Shown here: in pieces, positions 20,914-31,569 of the stretch | Layout: each line of letters starts with the position of its first letter | Position numbering within the stretch: position 1 is the stretch's first letter | Source: an uncultured delta proteobacterium | GTDB taxonomy: Bacteria > Desulfobacterota > Binatia > Binatales > Binataceae | NCBI GenBank assembly: GCA_963794325.1 | Contig: CAWCDG010000005.1 | Span: 32,001 to 96,000 of the forward strand | Reading direction: 5' to 3' | DNA: 64,000 nt | Notes under the pieces: model-generated | What the model saw: only the letters and a program-made list of their open reading frames with translations | Told to the model about the DNA's origin: nothing | Databases searched by the model: none | Made by a program: the position numbers and the translations under genes

Positions 20914-21547
20914 GCATGAGTCCTTCGTCGGTATCCAATCCGAACGAAGCCAGTTTCGCGCACGTGGATGTGTAATCAGTGTGAAGGATGCTTCGAATGC
21001 CTAAACCTTCCGCGATCTGGACGAACATCGGGGTGTTCTCGATATAGACCACGTGTCGGGCCGGCGTCTGGGCGATGTCCAGCGCAAGCCGAAAGATGTC
21101 CTCGTCGGGCTTGCGGATATGCACGAAGCAGGAGGAAATAAACGAATCCACAAAGCTGTCCAGCTTGAACTTTTGAATCCTATGAGCATTCAGTTCGCGT
21201 GATTCGTTGCTGACCACTGCGATCTTGAGCCCGTGTCGGGCCTTGAGCTGAGCGAACAGCTTGATCATCTCGGGATAAGGTTTCGATTGCGCGAACATGA
21301 AGCGCTGAAACTGGGCCCGGGTGAACGGCCGCTTCTGGTAGAAGACCACCCGCCCCAGATATTCTTGCAGGGTGAGCTTTCCCTCTTCATAGGTATCGAA
21401 AGTCAGGTGATGCCGATCCTCCATCTCGGACCACTCCAGCTTGAAGGTGGTCGCCGCCCGTTTGCGGGCGTTATGATCCCATCCGTTGGTGAGCAGGACG
21501 CCGCCGACATCTAGAAACACGCAGGTGATTGCAGCCGCCTTGCTCAT
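20900..21547 (-). CDS. HAD-family phosphatase
   Basis: FLDVGGVL motif I, VSN motif II and RKPD motif III. Confidence 0.85.
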   Translation of the reverse strand: MSKAAAITCVFLDVGGVLLTNGWDHNARKRAATTFKLEWSEMEDRHHLTFDTYEEGKLTLQEYLGRVVFYQKRPFTRAQFQRFMFAQSKPYPEMIKLFAQLKARHGLKIAVVSNESRELNAHRIQKFKLDSFVDSFISSCFVHIRKPDEDIFRLALDIAQTPARHVVYIENTPMFVQIAEGLGIRSILHTDYTSTCAKLASFGLDTDEGLMHEAG

Positions 21548-21554
21548 CGAAGTT

Positions 21555-22853
21555 TCACAACCAACCGCCGCTGAAACCTGCCCGCTGCAAGCCGCTAACG
21601 ATGTATGGGCATTGACGCATCAGCTTCCATATCAATTGAGAGCGATAGTTTTCGATCATCAAGACAATCGGCCCTTGATTAAGCCCGTAATGCCATGGTG
21701 ATACCCAACCACAGGAGTTGCTGGATTCGACCGGATAGGTCGGGTTGAAAGTCGCTTTGAAACCGTACGGGTTGTGCGCGGTTAGTTTAACCTGATTGAT
21801 GTAGCGGTTGATCGTTGGCAACACGATCTCAGGCGCAAACGGCAGCGATGTAACTACTGCCCACGGCGCGATAGTTCCGTCGTCTGGCCCATACGGCACG
21901 CCTCGTCCGAGGTAGGCGAAAAATTGGCGCTCGACGCCGTCCACTTTGATCGTCTCGTCGCCGGGGCCGTCGCTCGCGGTAATTCCCCAGCAATGGCTGC
22001 TATAGCCGGCGAACTTGTGCGGGTTGTCGATCGCATATTGTTGTTGGACATAGGTCGCGCGACGGCTGTTTTCGAAATAGTCGATACCTTTGAGGCGCAT
22101 GAACGCATCCTGGATGCCACGAAAATCAATCCACACGTGGGATAGCTGGTGAGTGAAGAACGGCCCGGCGTAAAGGTACTCGTAACCGTAACGGTGCTCC
22201 CATCGGTAAGTAGAAATCCACGCGGCGTAGCAGGTCTCTGGCAGGGGATGAGTCGGCGAGCCCATTCCCATGATGTACAGCAGCATCGCCTCGTCGTAAC
22301 CGGCCCAACGGAATTCGAGAAATCCGCTCTCGGGCTTCCAGCCATGCGTGAGCGTGGCGCCATTATTTTGCGCCCATTGCCAATCCGCGCGGCGATAGAG
22401 CTGATCAGCAAGGGTTCGAATTTCCTGCTCAGCGGAGTTGTCCGCGCCGAAGTAAGCTCCCGCCGTCAACGCTCCCGCCAGCAGGAAAGCGCTATCTATC
22501 GTGGACAATTCGCATTGCCACGTGCGCCGGCCGCTCCGCATGTCGAGAAAATGATAATAAAAGCCGTGGTAGCCGGTGGCGTCAGGTTCGGGACCTTGCG
22601 GGCTATTCCATAAAAAACGCAGCGTGGTCAGCGTTCGTTCTACCGCTGCTGCACGCGGCATGAATCCGCGCTCGACGGCCACCGGATAAGCCGCCAGCGC
22701 GAAGCCGGTAGCCGCAATGCTGGCAGGCCAGTCCGGTGCGGTCTTATCGATCACCAGCCCGTTTTCTGGATTCGTCTCATGCAAAAAGTAGCTGAATGAT
22801 TGGTGCTGAAGCCTTTCCAGCTCAGCTTCGCCGATTGGTTTCCCGCCGCTCAC
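21555..22853 (-). CDS. glucoamylase-family (GH144/Cgs-related beta-1,2-glucan-active) protein
   Basis: SIAATGF, GFYYHFLD, ELSTIDSA, WGITASDGP and DDGTIAP motifs; probable GTG start near 22853. Confidence 0.8.
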   Translation of the reverse strand: MSGGKPIGEAELERLQHQSFSYFLHETNPENGLVIDKTAPDWPASIAATGFALAAYPVAVERGFMPRAAAVERTLTTLRFLWNSPQGPEPDATGYHGFYYHFLDMRSGRRTWQCELSTIDSAFLLAGALTAGAYFGADNSAEQEIRTLADQLYRRADWQWAQNNGATLTHGWKPESGFLEFRWAGYDEAMLLYIMGMGSPTHPLPETCYAAWISTYRWEHRYGYEYLYAGPFFTHQLSHVWIDFRGIQDAFMRLKGIDYFENSRRATYVQQQYAIDNPHKFAGYSSHCWGITASDGPGDETIKVDGVERQFFAYLGRGVPYGPDDGTIAPWAVVTSLPFAPEIVLPTINRYINQVKLTAHNPYGFKATFNPTYPVESSNSCGWVSPWHYGLNQGPIVLMIENYRSQLIWKLMRQCPYIVSGLQRAGFSGGWL

Positions 22854-22914
22854 GGTTACACCCGACGGGGTCTTCGGATTTTCTGCGCGCGGGCTGACCT
22901 TTGTGCTCAATTGT

Positions 22915-23997
22915 CTAGCTCTTGAGCTGAGTGCTCTTCTGCGCAATGCAGTCGAGAAGGTCGTCCCAGGACTTGTCGAAGGACTCCGCGCCCTCGCGCT
23001 GTAGTTGAGCCGCCAGAGCGTCGAGGTTGATACCCGCCTTCGTGAACCGCTCAAGGACTTGCTCGGCGTCGCCGCCATCGGGCGGCATCGTCGTACCGAG
23101 GTCGCCGTGGTCGGCGAGGGCCTGCAGGGTCTTTTCCGGCATGGTGTTCACCGAGTACTGCGCCGCAAGTGACTTGACGTATAGGATGTCAGATGATTTC
23201 GGATCCTTGGTGCCAGTGCTTGCCCATAGCATGCGCTGCGAGCGTGCTCCGGCATTGAGGAGACGCAGCGAGCGATCGGAAGCGATCAGTTCGCGATATG
23301 CTTTGTAGGTGCGCTTGGCCACTGCTATACCAAGCTGGTCTTTGAGGCTTGCCGGTATTTTCTCCGCGACGGCTACGTCCCAGCGGCTTACGAACAGCGA
23401 GGCGACTGAACCTACCTGTGGATTCAAGCCTTTGGCGATGCGTCGTTCGATCCCGCGGATGTATGCTTCCGCGGCCGCCACGTATTGCTCGCATGAGAAC
23501 AGCAGCGTCACGTTGACTGCTACCCCCGCGAAGATCGATTCCTCGATGGCGCCGAGGCCCTCGCGGGTGCCGGGAATCTTGATGAAGAGGTTGGGACGAT
23601 TCGCTCGCGCATGTAGCTCTCGCGCCGCCGCGATGGTGCCCTTCGTGTCGTAGGCCAGCTTGGGTGAGACCTCGAGCGACACCCAGCCGTCGACCCCGTT
23701 CGTCGCCTTGTGGATCGGAAGGAACAGATCAGCGGCGCGCGTCAGGTCTTCGATTGCAAGCTCGAAGAACAGCGCCTCGCCCGATTTCTTTTCCTTCAAT
23801 TTCTGGCTGATGGCGTCGTCGTAGTCATGACTGTTCTTGATTGCGTGATCAAAGATCGTAGGGTTAGAAGTAAGCCCCGTGACCGATAACTCCCTAATGT
23901 AACGTTCGAGCGTGCCGCTGGTCAGCAGACCGCGGGTGATATTGTCGAGCCAGAGGCTCTGTCCCATTTCGTGGAGTTGTTGGGTCGCTTTCATCAT
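22915..23997 (-). CDS. tal: transaldolase
   Basis: GQSLWLDNI, GLTSNPTIF, VSLEVSP, FIKIPGT and WASTGTKDP motifs. Confidence 0.94.
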   Translation of the reverse strand: MMKATQQLHEMGQSLWLDNITRGLLTSGTLERYIRELSVTGLTSNPTIFDHAIKNSHDYDDAISQKLKEKKSGEALFFELAIEDLTRAADLFLPIHKATNGVDGWVSLEVSPKLAYDTKGTIAAARELHARANRPNLFIKIPGTREGLGAIEESIFAGVAVNVTLLFSCEQYVAAAEAYIRGIERRIAKGLNPQVGSVASLFVSRWDVAVAEKIPASLKDQLGIAVAKRTYKAYRELIASDRSLRLLNAGARSQRMLWASTGTKDPKSSDILYVKSLAAQYSVNTMPEKTLQALADHGDLGTTMPPDGGDAEQVLERFTKAGINLDALAAQLQREGAESFDKSWDDLLDCIAQKSTQLKS

Positions 23998-24043
23998 TTT
24001 TCTCCTGGACCGAACGGTGCAGCGTTGGTGTGGCAGGCCATCA

Positions 24044-25438
24044 TCAGGATGGCTCCTTGAGATTGGGATTGTGCCAACCGCCGTCTGCGGCGATGAGCAC
24101 GTCAGCCTCTTTAGGCCCCCATCCATGCCGCTTGTAAGGGCGAACCCGGTGATGGTTCTTAAGGACCGGGTCGACAACTGCCCAGGCGGCCTCAACTGCG
24201 TCCTCCCGGGTGAAGAGCGCTCCGTCGCCAGCCATGGCGTCGGTCAAGAGCCGTTCGTAGGGGGCTTCCTCTCCCGCCTGTTCTTCGAACAGGTAGAGCT
24301 CTCGCTGGTCGCCGACGAACTCTTTTCCCGCGCGCTTGACGCGAGCGGCGAGAGCGACGGCTGAGCTGGGTGACAGGCGGAATCGCAAATGGTTGGCCTT
24401 TCCGGTTGCCGGCGATGAGTCGGCGAAAAGCTTCTGCGGGGGCGGCTTCAACTCCACCAGGACTTCGGTTGCCGTTTCGGCCAGGTATTTGCCGGAGCGC
24501 AGGTACCATGGCACGCCTTCCCATCGCCACGAGTCGATAAAAAGCCGCAGGGCGCAGAAAGTCTCGACGTCGGAGTTCTTCGCCACGTCGGGCTCCTTCC
24601 GATAGCCGATGTATTGGCCACGCACCAGGTCGTCGGACTTTAGCGGGCGCATGGCTTCAAAGACCTTCGCTTTCTCGCTATGCACGGCGCCAAAGTCCCT
24701 GTCGGCCGGCGGTTCGATCGCGAGCAGCGCGACCACCTGAAAGAGATGATTCTCGATCACGTCGCGCAAGCAGCCGGCGGTTTCGTAAAACGCGCCGCGG
24801 CCATCCACGCCGATTTCTTCGGACATGGTTATCTGGACGCTGGCTACGTAGTTGCGGTTCCAGATCGGCTCGAGAAACGAATTGGCGAAGCGGAAATAGA
24901 GGATGTTCATGATCGCCTCCTTCCCGAGGAAGTGATCAATGCGGAAGATCGAGTCTTGCGGGAACACTGTCTGCGCGACGCGGTTGAGCTCCCGCGCCGA
25001 CGCCAGATCGCGTCCGAACGGTTTTTCGACGATGACGCGCGCATGCTCCGTCAGATTCGCCGCGCCGAGGCCCTTGATCACCGTCTCGAACAGCGACGGT
25101 GGGATGGCGAGGTAGTGCGCCGGGCGCCGAGCACTGCCAAGCGCCTCCTTTATCGCCGTGAACGTCTCCGCGTCCTTATAATCCCCACTGACGTACTGGA
25201 ACTGAGCCAAAAGATGGTGGAAGGCGCGCTTGTTATCGATCCCACCGGATCGCTTTATGCTGTCCGTCACGCGTTTGCGCAGACGCTCCAGACTCCACTC
25301 CGGGAAGGCGACGCCGATTATCGGGACTTTGAGGTTGCCGCGCTTCGCCATCGCATAGAGCGCGGGGAAGATCATCTTGTGTGCGAGATCGCCCGTCACT
25401 CCGAAGAGCACCAGCGCATCCGAATGAGAGGTGCCCAT
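24044..25438 (-). CDS. zwf: glucose-6-phosphate 1-dehydrogenase
   Basis: FGVTGDLA, EKPFG, RIDHFLGKE and RWEGVPWYLRSGK motifs. Confidence 0.94.
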   Translation of the reverse strand: MGTSHSDALVLFGVTGDLAHKMIFPALYAMAKRGNLKVPIIGVAFPEWSLERLRKRVTDSIKRSGGIDNKRAFHHLLAQFQYVSGDYKDAETFTAIKEALGSARRPAHYLAIPPSLFETVIKGLGAANLTEHARVIVEKPFGRDLASARELNRVAQTVFPQDSIFRIDHFLGKEAIMNILYFRFANSFLEPIWNRNYVASVQITMSEEIGVDGRGAFYETAGCLRDVIENHLFQVVALLAIEPPADRDFGAVHSEKAKVFEAMRPLKSDDLVRGQYIGYRKEPDVAKNSDVETFCALRLFIDSWRWEGVPWYLRSGKYLAETATEVLVELKPPPQKLFADSSPATGKANHLRFRLSPSSAVALAARVKRAGKEFVGDQRELYLFEEQAGEEAPYERLLTDAMAGDGALFTREDAVEAAWAVVDPVLKNHHRVRPYKRHGWGPKEADVLIAADGGWHNPNLKEPS

Positions 25439-25875
25439 CAGGCGTCTCTCTTGCTGGCAGCAACTGCAGCCCGAACAGACATGCAGTCCATGCGTCCAAA
25501 GCCAGTATTCGCAATATTGGCTGACACTTGAGTAATTCCTGCGGAATCGAAAGCGAACCGTAAGCCGGATGAGTTTACCGACGACTGGAGCTAGCAACGC
25601 TCGGTGTAGGTACAAACAACGCTCTGCAAATTTATCGTAACAGATTCGGTGTTCGTCTCATTCCCGCGATCGGCGCTATTTGTTCTTCGGATTACAAATC
25701 GCGCTTTACGTCTTGATGAAGTTGAACGCATAGTCAGATCAAGCGGTTAACATACTCGTGAGGTCTGGTGGAAAAAGATTCGCCACCTTATGAAGAACAA
25801 CACTATCGAGAACTCTTCGTCGGATAGAACCGACCCGTTATCGAAATTGATCTGAAAGGATAAGGAGACTTAGTC

Positions 25876-26424
25876 ATGCCTCAGGTTAACTCCGTTGTAG
25901 CTATTTACGACACTCACTCCCAGGCAGAAGAAGCTGTCAAGGACCTGCAAAGGTCTGGGTACGATATGAAGAAACTGTCTATCGTCGGAAAGGACTATCA
26001 CACCGACGAGCATGTCGTAGGGTACTACAATGCTGGCGATCGAATGATGTACTGGGGTAAGATGGGAGCCTTTTGGGGCGGCTTTTGGGGGCTTCTGTTC
26101 GGATCTGCATTCTTCGCTATACCCGGGGTCGGGCCGGTCCTGGTAGCTGGTCCCCTGGTTGCGTGGATTGTCGGCGCTCTCGAAGGCGCGGTAGTTGTGG
26201 GCGGATTGACGGCGGTCGGCGCCGGGCTTTACAGCATCGGTATCCCTAAAGACAGCATCGTCAAATACGAGTCTGCGCTCAAGGCTGACAAGTTCATCGT
26301 CCTGGCGCACGGCACGGCAGCCGAAGTGACCAAGGCCAGGGACACAATGCAGACCACGCACCCCACGGACCTTGCACTGCACGCGACGGGACGCGAGGAA
26401 CACTCGGGGCTCGCGGCCAAATAA
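25876..26424 (+). CDS. general stress protein / DUF1269-like membrane protein
   Basis: LSIVGKDYHTDEHVVGYY and Gly-rich IPGVGPVLVAGPL; strong AAGGAG RBS. Confidence 0.8.
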   Translation: MPQVNSVVAIYDTHSQAEEAVKDLQRSGYDMKKLSIVGKDYHTDEHVVGYYNAGDRMMYWGKMGAFWGGFWGLLFGSAFFAIPGVGPVLVAGPLVAWIVGALEGAVVVGGLTAVGAGLYSIGIPKDSIVKYESALKADKFIVLAHGTAAEVTKARDTMQTTHPTDLALHATGREEHSGLAAK

Positions 26425-26523
26425 CTGGGCAATCAAAGGATGGTGTACGGCAGTTAACTCTCTCCCGGAGGTTGGACTGCCGTACTCTCAAGTCGACCCC
26501 TTCAACCTGGAGAAAGAATTACG

Positions 26524-26943
26524 ATGAAACGAATTGGTGTGGCATTGATAGCGACCAGCCTTTTGATGATAACCGTGAGTGTGGGATTCGCGAAAGATCT
26601 GAGTACGATCGGGCTTGAAGAGGCGTTCATCGATTCGGTCGGGACCTGCGGTCCCTCAAGCAACGTAGCGGGCTCGGTCGGTAAGAGTGAAGATCCGCAG
26701 GTGAAGATCGCGCTCCGCGACGCATTGATTACTGAAGCTGCCGACGACGCCGCCGCGATTGCGGGCTCCAACAAACCTCACAGCGACTGCATCAGAAAGG
26801 ATCTCACGTCGCGCGGATACACGGACAACGATATGGCGGCGCTGCCTTATTGCGTCAAGCACGACTGGCCGGATCCCTTCACCAGCCTCGGCGTGTGCGT
26901 GAAGAATCACAGCCGACTCGAGGGAGTGCTCAACAAAAAGTAG
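26524..26943 (+). CDS. hypothetical secreted protein (4 Cys)
   Basis: Signal-peptide-like MKRIGVALIATSLL...; GGAG RBS; stop 2 nt before the USP start. Confidence 0.6.
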   Translation: MKRIGVALIATSLLMITVSVGFAKDLSTIGLEEAFIDSVGTCGPSSNVAGSVGKSEDPQVKIALRDALITEAADDAAAIAGSNKPHSDCIRKDLTSRGYTDNDMAALPYCVKHDWPDPFTSLGVCVKNHSRLEGVLNKK

Positions 26944-26945
26944 TC

Positions 26946-27809
26946 ATGCAGCTATTTCGTAAGATTCTCTGCCCGGTCGCGTTCAGCGATAACGCGATGG
27001 CGGCGCTTGACCAGGCGGCCAAGCTCGCTCGAAAAGACGACGCGCTGCTGTACTTGATGCACGTCGAGTTCGTACCTATAGGCGACCCGGCCAAACTTGA
27101 TCCCTACGCCAAGGTTTCGACGCAACCTGACAAACTACGGTTAGAGCGGATCGCGCGAAAACACCTGGCCAAGGTCCGGCACGAGATTCTCGTGCAAGTT
27201 GGATGGCCCGCGGAATTAATCGAAAAGGCCGCAGAGGATCTTGACGTCGATCTGATTGCTATGGCGACTCACGAGCGGGCACGCATCGATCGTCTGTTTA
27301 TCGGGAGTATCGCTGAACATGTGCTTCGCACGTCGAAGCGACCGGTCCTGAGCTTCGGTCCCGGAACCGCCATCGGAGCGCTGAAGAAGATTCTTTGCCT
27401 GGTTGATTTTGATCCAGACTCGATTGCCGCACTGAACTTTGGATGGCGCCTGGCCCAAAAATATAGCAGCGCGATATGCCTACTGCGTGTAGTCCCGGTG
27501 CCCTTCGAGCCGTCGGAAGTTCCCGTAGAGCCATCGACACCTGAATGGGAGCAAGATGCCCGCGCTCGGCTCGTAAAGGTAGCGGCTGAAATTCTGGGCG
27601 CCAAAACCAAGTGTGAACTTATTGTGCGACGTGGAGACTCCGCCAGCGCGATACTCGAGGTCGAAAAGGAACTTCAGCCCGATCTGATCGTAATGCCTTC
27701 GCATGAACAGTCCGGATTGGGCCACCTGATTTTTGGAAGCGTGGCCGAGCGTACGGTTCGCGAATCGAACGTTCCAGTGCTGACGGTCCGACGGCACCCC
27801 GCGGTCTGA
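26946..27809 (+). CDS. tandem universal stress protein
   Basis: Two USP domains: KILCPVAFS...GSIAEHVLR and KILCLVDF...GSVAERTVRES. Confidence 0.9.
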   Translation: MQLFRKILCPVAFSDNAMAALDQAAKLARKDDALLYLMHVEFVPIGDPAKLDPYAKVSTQPDKLRLERIARKHLAKVRHEILVQVGWPAELIEKAAEDLDVDLIAMATHERARIDRLFIGSIAEHVLRTSKRPVLSFGPGTAIGALKKILCLVDFDPDSIAALNFGWRLAQKYSSAICLLRVVPVPFEPSEVPVEPSTPEWEQDARARLVKVAAEILGAKTKCELIVRRGDSASAILEVEKELQPDLIVMPSHEQSGLGHLIFGSVAERTVRESNVPVLTVRRHPAV

Positions 27810-28036
27810 TCTATAGCGGTGGCCAGACTTCGCTCGGATCGTTCCCGCGAGCAAGTCTGGTCAACGTATATGGATTGATTTATCCCGTCGCGCTCAATTC
27901 ACAGTGGGCCTGCTTGCGCCTCCTGCACTAGGCGGCCCGACGCCTAATTGCGTGTCTGCCCGACCAATTTATCGAGCCTCGCGACCCCGCACCGATTTGA
28001 TTCGCCCCGGCGGTTTTGCTTTCAGAAATGGATCGT

Positions 28037-30026
28037 CTAGCTGCCAGTGCCCGTCAGGCTCACGTTGCGCGGGCTGGTCGGATCCTCCGGGACATTGACG
28101 GTCAGCGTCGCGCTCTCGCCGGCGGCGGTCGTGGGCTTGAACCTTACGCCGATCGTGCACGACGTGTTGCCCACCAGCGACACGCCGCAGGTCCCACCCG
28201 TAATCGTGAAGTCACCAGAGTTGGGGCCGCTGACTGAACTGCCAATCGAAATGGTGAACGGCGACTTGTTGGTGACCGTGGTCTTGAGCAGCTTCGAAGA
28301 CGTTCGCGACACCGTGCCGTAAGAAAGTGTGATCGGGGAAACCGTTTCCGGAATCGTCCCCGCCACCGTGAATGTAACATTGTAGGGACTGAGCGGGTCA
28401 GGGCTGTCCGCGAAGGTCACCGTCGCGGATTCGCTGCCCAGCACGCCGGGCGTGAAAGTCACCTTCTTCGTGCAATATGTCTTGCCGGCCAGCGTCGACC
28501 CGCAAGTGCCGCCGCCGATCGCGAAGTCGGCCGCATTAGGACCGCTGACGCTCTGGCTCAACGAAACGGTGACGCTCTGCTTGTTCGAGAGCGTGAAGGT
28601 CTTGACTACGCTGGCGCCGAACTTTACGTCGCCGGTCGAGAAGCTGGTCGGCGACACGGTCAGGTCGGCCGTGCCGGTGCCGGAGAGCGCTACATTCTGC
28701 GTGCCGGTGCCACTGTTATCGGTCAACGTTAGCGTGGCCGATCGTGCGCCAAGCGCATCGGGCGTGAAATGTATTGGAATCGTGCAAGTCAAGGCGTGCG
28801 CGAGGCCGCTTGCCGGGCAGGTCGAGGCGCCGGGGGCGAACTCCGCCGGGTTGTTCGACGATACGCCGTCCAGAAAGAACGGCTTCAAGCCGGTGTTCTT
28901 GATAGTCAGGGTCTTGCTGACAGTGTCACCAACTGGGGAACTCCCGAACGCCAGAGATGTCGCCACGGAAATGGTCGTCGGCGTCGCGGTTGCAGTCGGC
29001 GTCGCAGTCTGAGTTGCTGTTGGCGTCGGGGTCGAAGTCGCAGTTGCGGTCGACGTCGCCGTTGCCGTCTGTGTAGCCGTCGCGGTCTGTGTAGCTGTCG
29101 CTGTTGATGTCGCCGTGGCCGTTGCGGTTGCCGTCGAGGTCGCGTCGAGTGGACGTCGCCGTCGCAGTAGGCGTCGCGGTTGCAGTCTTAGTGCTGGTGG
29201 CCGTTGCAGTCGCGGTTTGAGTAGCCGTCGCCGTGGATGTCGCAGTCGCAGTAGGTGTTGCGGTTGCAGTTTTAGTGCTGGTGGACGTTGCAGTCGCGGT
29301 TTGAGTAGCCGTCGCAGTCGCCGTCGCGGTTGCAGTCTTAGTGCTGGTGGACGTTGCAGTCGCCGTGGCGGTCGGCGTCGGCGAGGCGACCGTGCCGCGG
29401 TTTAGATACACGGTATCGATCGCAAAATCGCTGCATGAACCCGTGCAACTCGTGATGCTGAAAGTCGCCGCGGCGATGTTGGCCCCGCTCTGGTCTATCA
29501 CTCCGAGATAGGTCGCGTCGCCGTTCGGGTTGCTGGTTACCGAGATGGTACCTAGAAAAATCCCGCCTTTGACGAGTTGTAATTGCGCGGTGAATTGAGC
29601 CGGTCCGTCCGCCTGGATTAAGGCGCCGACCCCCGAAACAGGAGCGCCGAAGGAGAGGCCCAAGGGTCCGTTACCGCTATTGCCGAGGTCGGAAGTCCAA
29701 ATGAGGCTATCGTCCGCGTTGAATCCCGCACCGTTCCAACTGCACGAAGCAGCCGGGCATACCACCGACACCAGGCTGCCCGCCCCACCCAGGTTAACGG
29801 AGAGGTTGAGCCCTCCGCCCGAGTTGGCCTTGACGGTGGCTCCGAGCGAGGTCCCGTTTACTCCGAGCTGTGACCAGTTGACGGTATCGTTTGCATTCTG
29901 AGCGGCGGCGCTCGTCACCGCCTGCAGCGTATCTGCCCGGCAGATCGTCGCCGTCAACAAACTTGCCAGGAGTACTCCGCAGAGCGCGCCGATGGTTCGA
30001 CGCTGAATATTTTGCCGCCGTTCCAT
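28037..30026 (-). CDS. secreted protein: N-terminal domain, Thr/Ala stalk and three ASH/choice-of-anchor-D Ig-like domains; apparent frameshift near 29145
   Basis: Signal peptide; the TATATAT linker switches frame at ...TSTRRDL and continues as TSTATAT...TISVATSLAFG into the 28037-28966 ORF; repeats such as CTIPIHFTP...SATLT...VALSGTG. Confidence 0.75.
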
Positions 30027-30031
30027 CGGGG

Positions 30032-31267
30032 TCACATGCAGGCCGCGCCCGCATCCTGGCCGAAGGTGCCGTTGTCGGAATACCAGTCGTTGACGCCGAG
30101 CGAGGGTACCTGGCGATAGAACCACGAGAAGAACGCCAGCTCTTGCATGCGATAAGTAAAATTGTTGGAGCCCACCAGCGCCGGAAAGTCAGTGCCGCTC
30201 AGAGGATCGCCGACTTCCAGGTTGTTCTGGCATCCGCTCACTTGTCCGGTATGGCCCCACGCAGGCGTCGGATTGTTGCCGACAGGGTCGTCCATCCATT
30301 CGCCGATCTCATGGCTCATCGCCGTGAGGGTGGAAAGGCCGGTGAAAATTCCGCTGGTGTCATAGTCGGCTGGCGAGTACGTCTGGAGCGGATTTCCGTA
30401 GGCGCCGTGGTATCCGATGATGCAACAGTTCGAGGGGAAACTCGGAGTTCCGCTCGTCATCACCACGTTCTTCAGCAAAAATATCGGCAACGCGGTGGGA
30501 CCGACTCCTGATCCCGCCAGGCTCGGGATGATCGTTCCCGTGACGATGGGATCGAACCAGTTGATATTCATGACGCCGATCGTCCCGCCGCATCCGCCGT
30601 ATGCCGCGGTGGAAAACACCGACCCGTCTGCCGCCGGTACATTGACCGTCACGGCGGAAAGCGTCGTCACCGGGCTCAGCGTCGTGTGATAGAAACTTCC
30701 GGTCGGCGAAACGTTGGTCCAGAAGTTGGCGCGCTGAAAAGCGTCAACATACTGCGTCACGCCCATATCGACGCCACCCATCGAAATATCCAGCGGCGTG
30801 AATAGCGGCGATTGCTGGGTCAGACTGAGCGGAGTTCCCGAGGGCGAACAGCTACTGTCCGTCGCGGTCGGATCGAACGTGGCGCCGCCGGAAAAAACAA
30901 TTTTCAGCGGAACGATTACGGTCGTGACGTTGGTCGTCCTGGCGCCGTGGAAGAACGGACTGCGGCCGACCATCGTGCCGCTGTAATTGTGACCGTCCAG
31001 CGGCGACGTGATGCTGTAGTTCCACAGCGGGATCGTCGTCGCGCTGGCCGGCGCTATAACGGACTGCGCGTTGATACCCCGGGGCGGTAGGACCGTGAAG
31101 TAGGCCTGCGGGGCCTGCAGGGGTGCGGAATCTTGCGCGAACAGGCTCGCGCTCGTCCCGAAAACGCAGGCATACAACAGGGCGGCGCACACGCTGAGCT
31201 TCATCAGAACCGTTCGCAGGTTGGTTCTGTGGGGGGTGCGTCGTGTGTGCATCAAAGCAGTTCTCAT
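30032..31267 (-). CDS. secreted hypothetical protein with HExxE...DP motif (PHI-1/EXORDIUM-like by resemblance)
   Basis: Signal peptide; CCIIGYHGA, SHEIGEWMDDP and LEVGDP motifs; true start may be further downstream. Confidence 0.65.
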   Translation of the reverse strand: MRTALMHTRRTPHRTNLRTVLMKLSVCAALLYACVFGTSASLFAQDSAPLQAPQAYFTVLPPRGINAQSVIAPASATTIPLWNYSITSPLDGHNYSGTMVGRSPFFHGARTTNVTTVIVPLKIVFSGGATFDPTATDSSCSPSGTPLSLTQQSPLFTPLDISMGGVDMGVTQYVDAFQRANFWTNVSPTGSFYHTTLSPVTTLSAVTVNVPAADGSVFSTAAYGGCGGTIGVMNINWFDPIVTGTIIPSLAGSGVGPTALPIFLLKNVVMTSGTPSFPSNCCIIGYHGAYGNPLQTYSPADYDTSGIFTGLSTLTAMSHEIGEWMDDPVGNNPTPAWGHTGQVSGCQNNLEVGDPLSGTDFPALVGSNNFTYRMQELAFFSWFYRQVPSLGVNDWYSDNGTFGQDAGAACM

Positions 31268-31569
31268 TCTTTCGAGACTCGTCTACTGGCGGTATTCAAT
31301 CAAACAGCGTGTTTCCTTACGTGAATCGAACCCTACTAAAAGTATAATTCTCTGTCAAGCGGTTTCTCGAAAAAAAACAGCGCGACGCCTCAGGCAGTCG
31401 ACGGTAGATTGTTAAACGCGTCGCCGCTATGCGCAGGAGAGGCCCCGCTATCGTGTCATCGCGGACGCCATTTCGCCGCGGCTCGCGCTGCGGTACAAAT
31501 CATTACTCGGACTCTGATATTTTCATCGGGCGCATCCCCGCGGTTTGCGGCCGGAGCAGGATACATCAC

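Noticed and set aside
1-27850. Declaring the left block a defined genomic island
   Set aside because: Content is accessory-like, but no integrase, tRNA or att direct repeat is visible within the window
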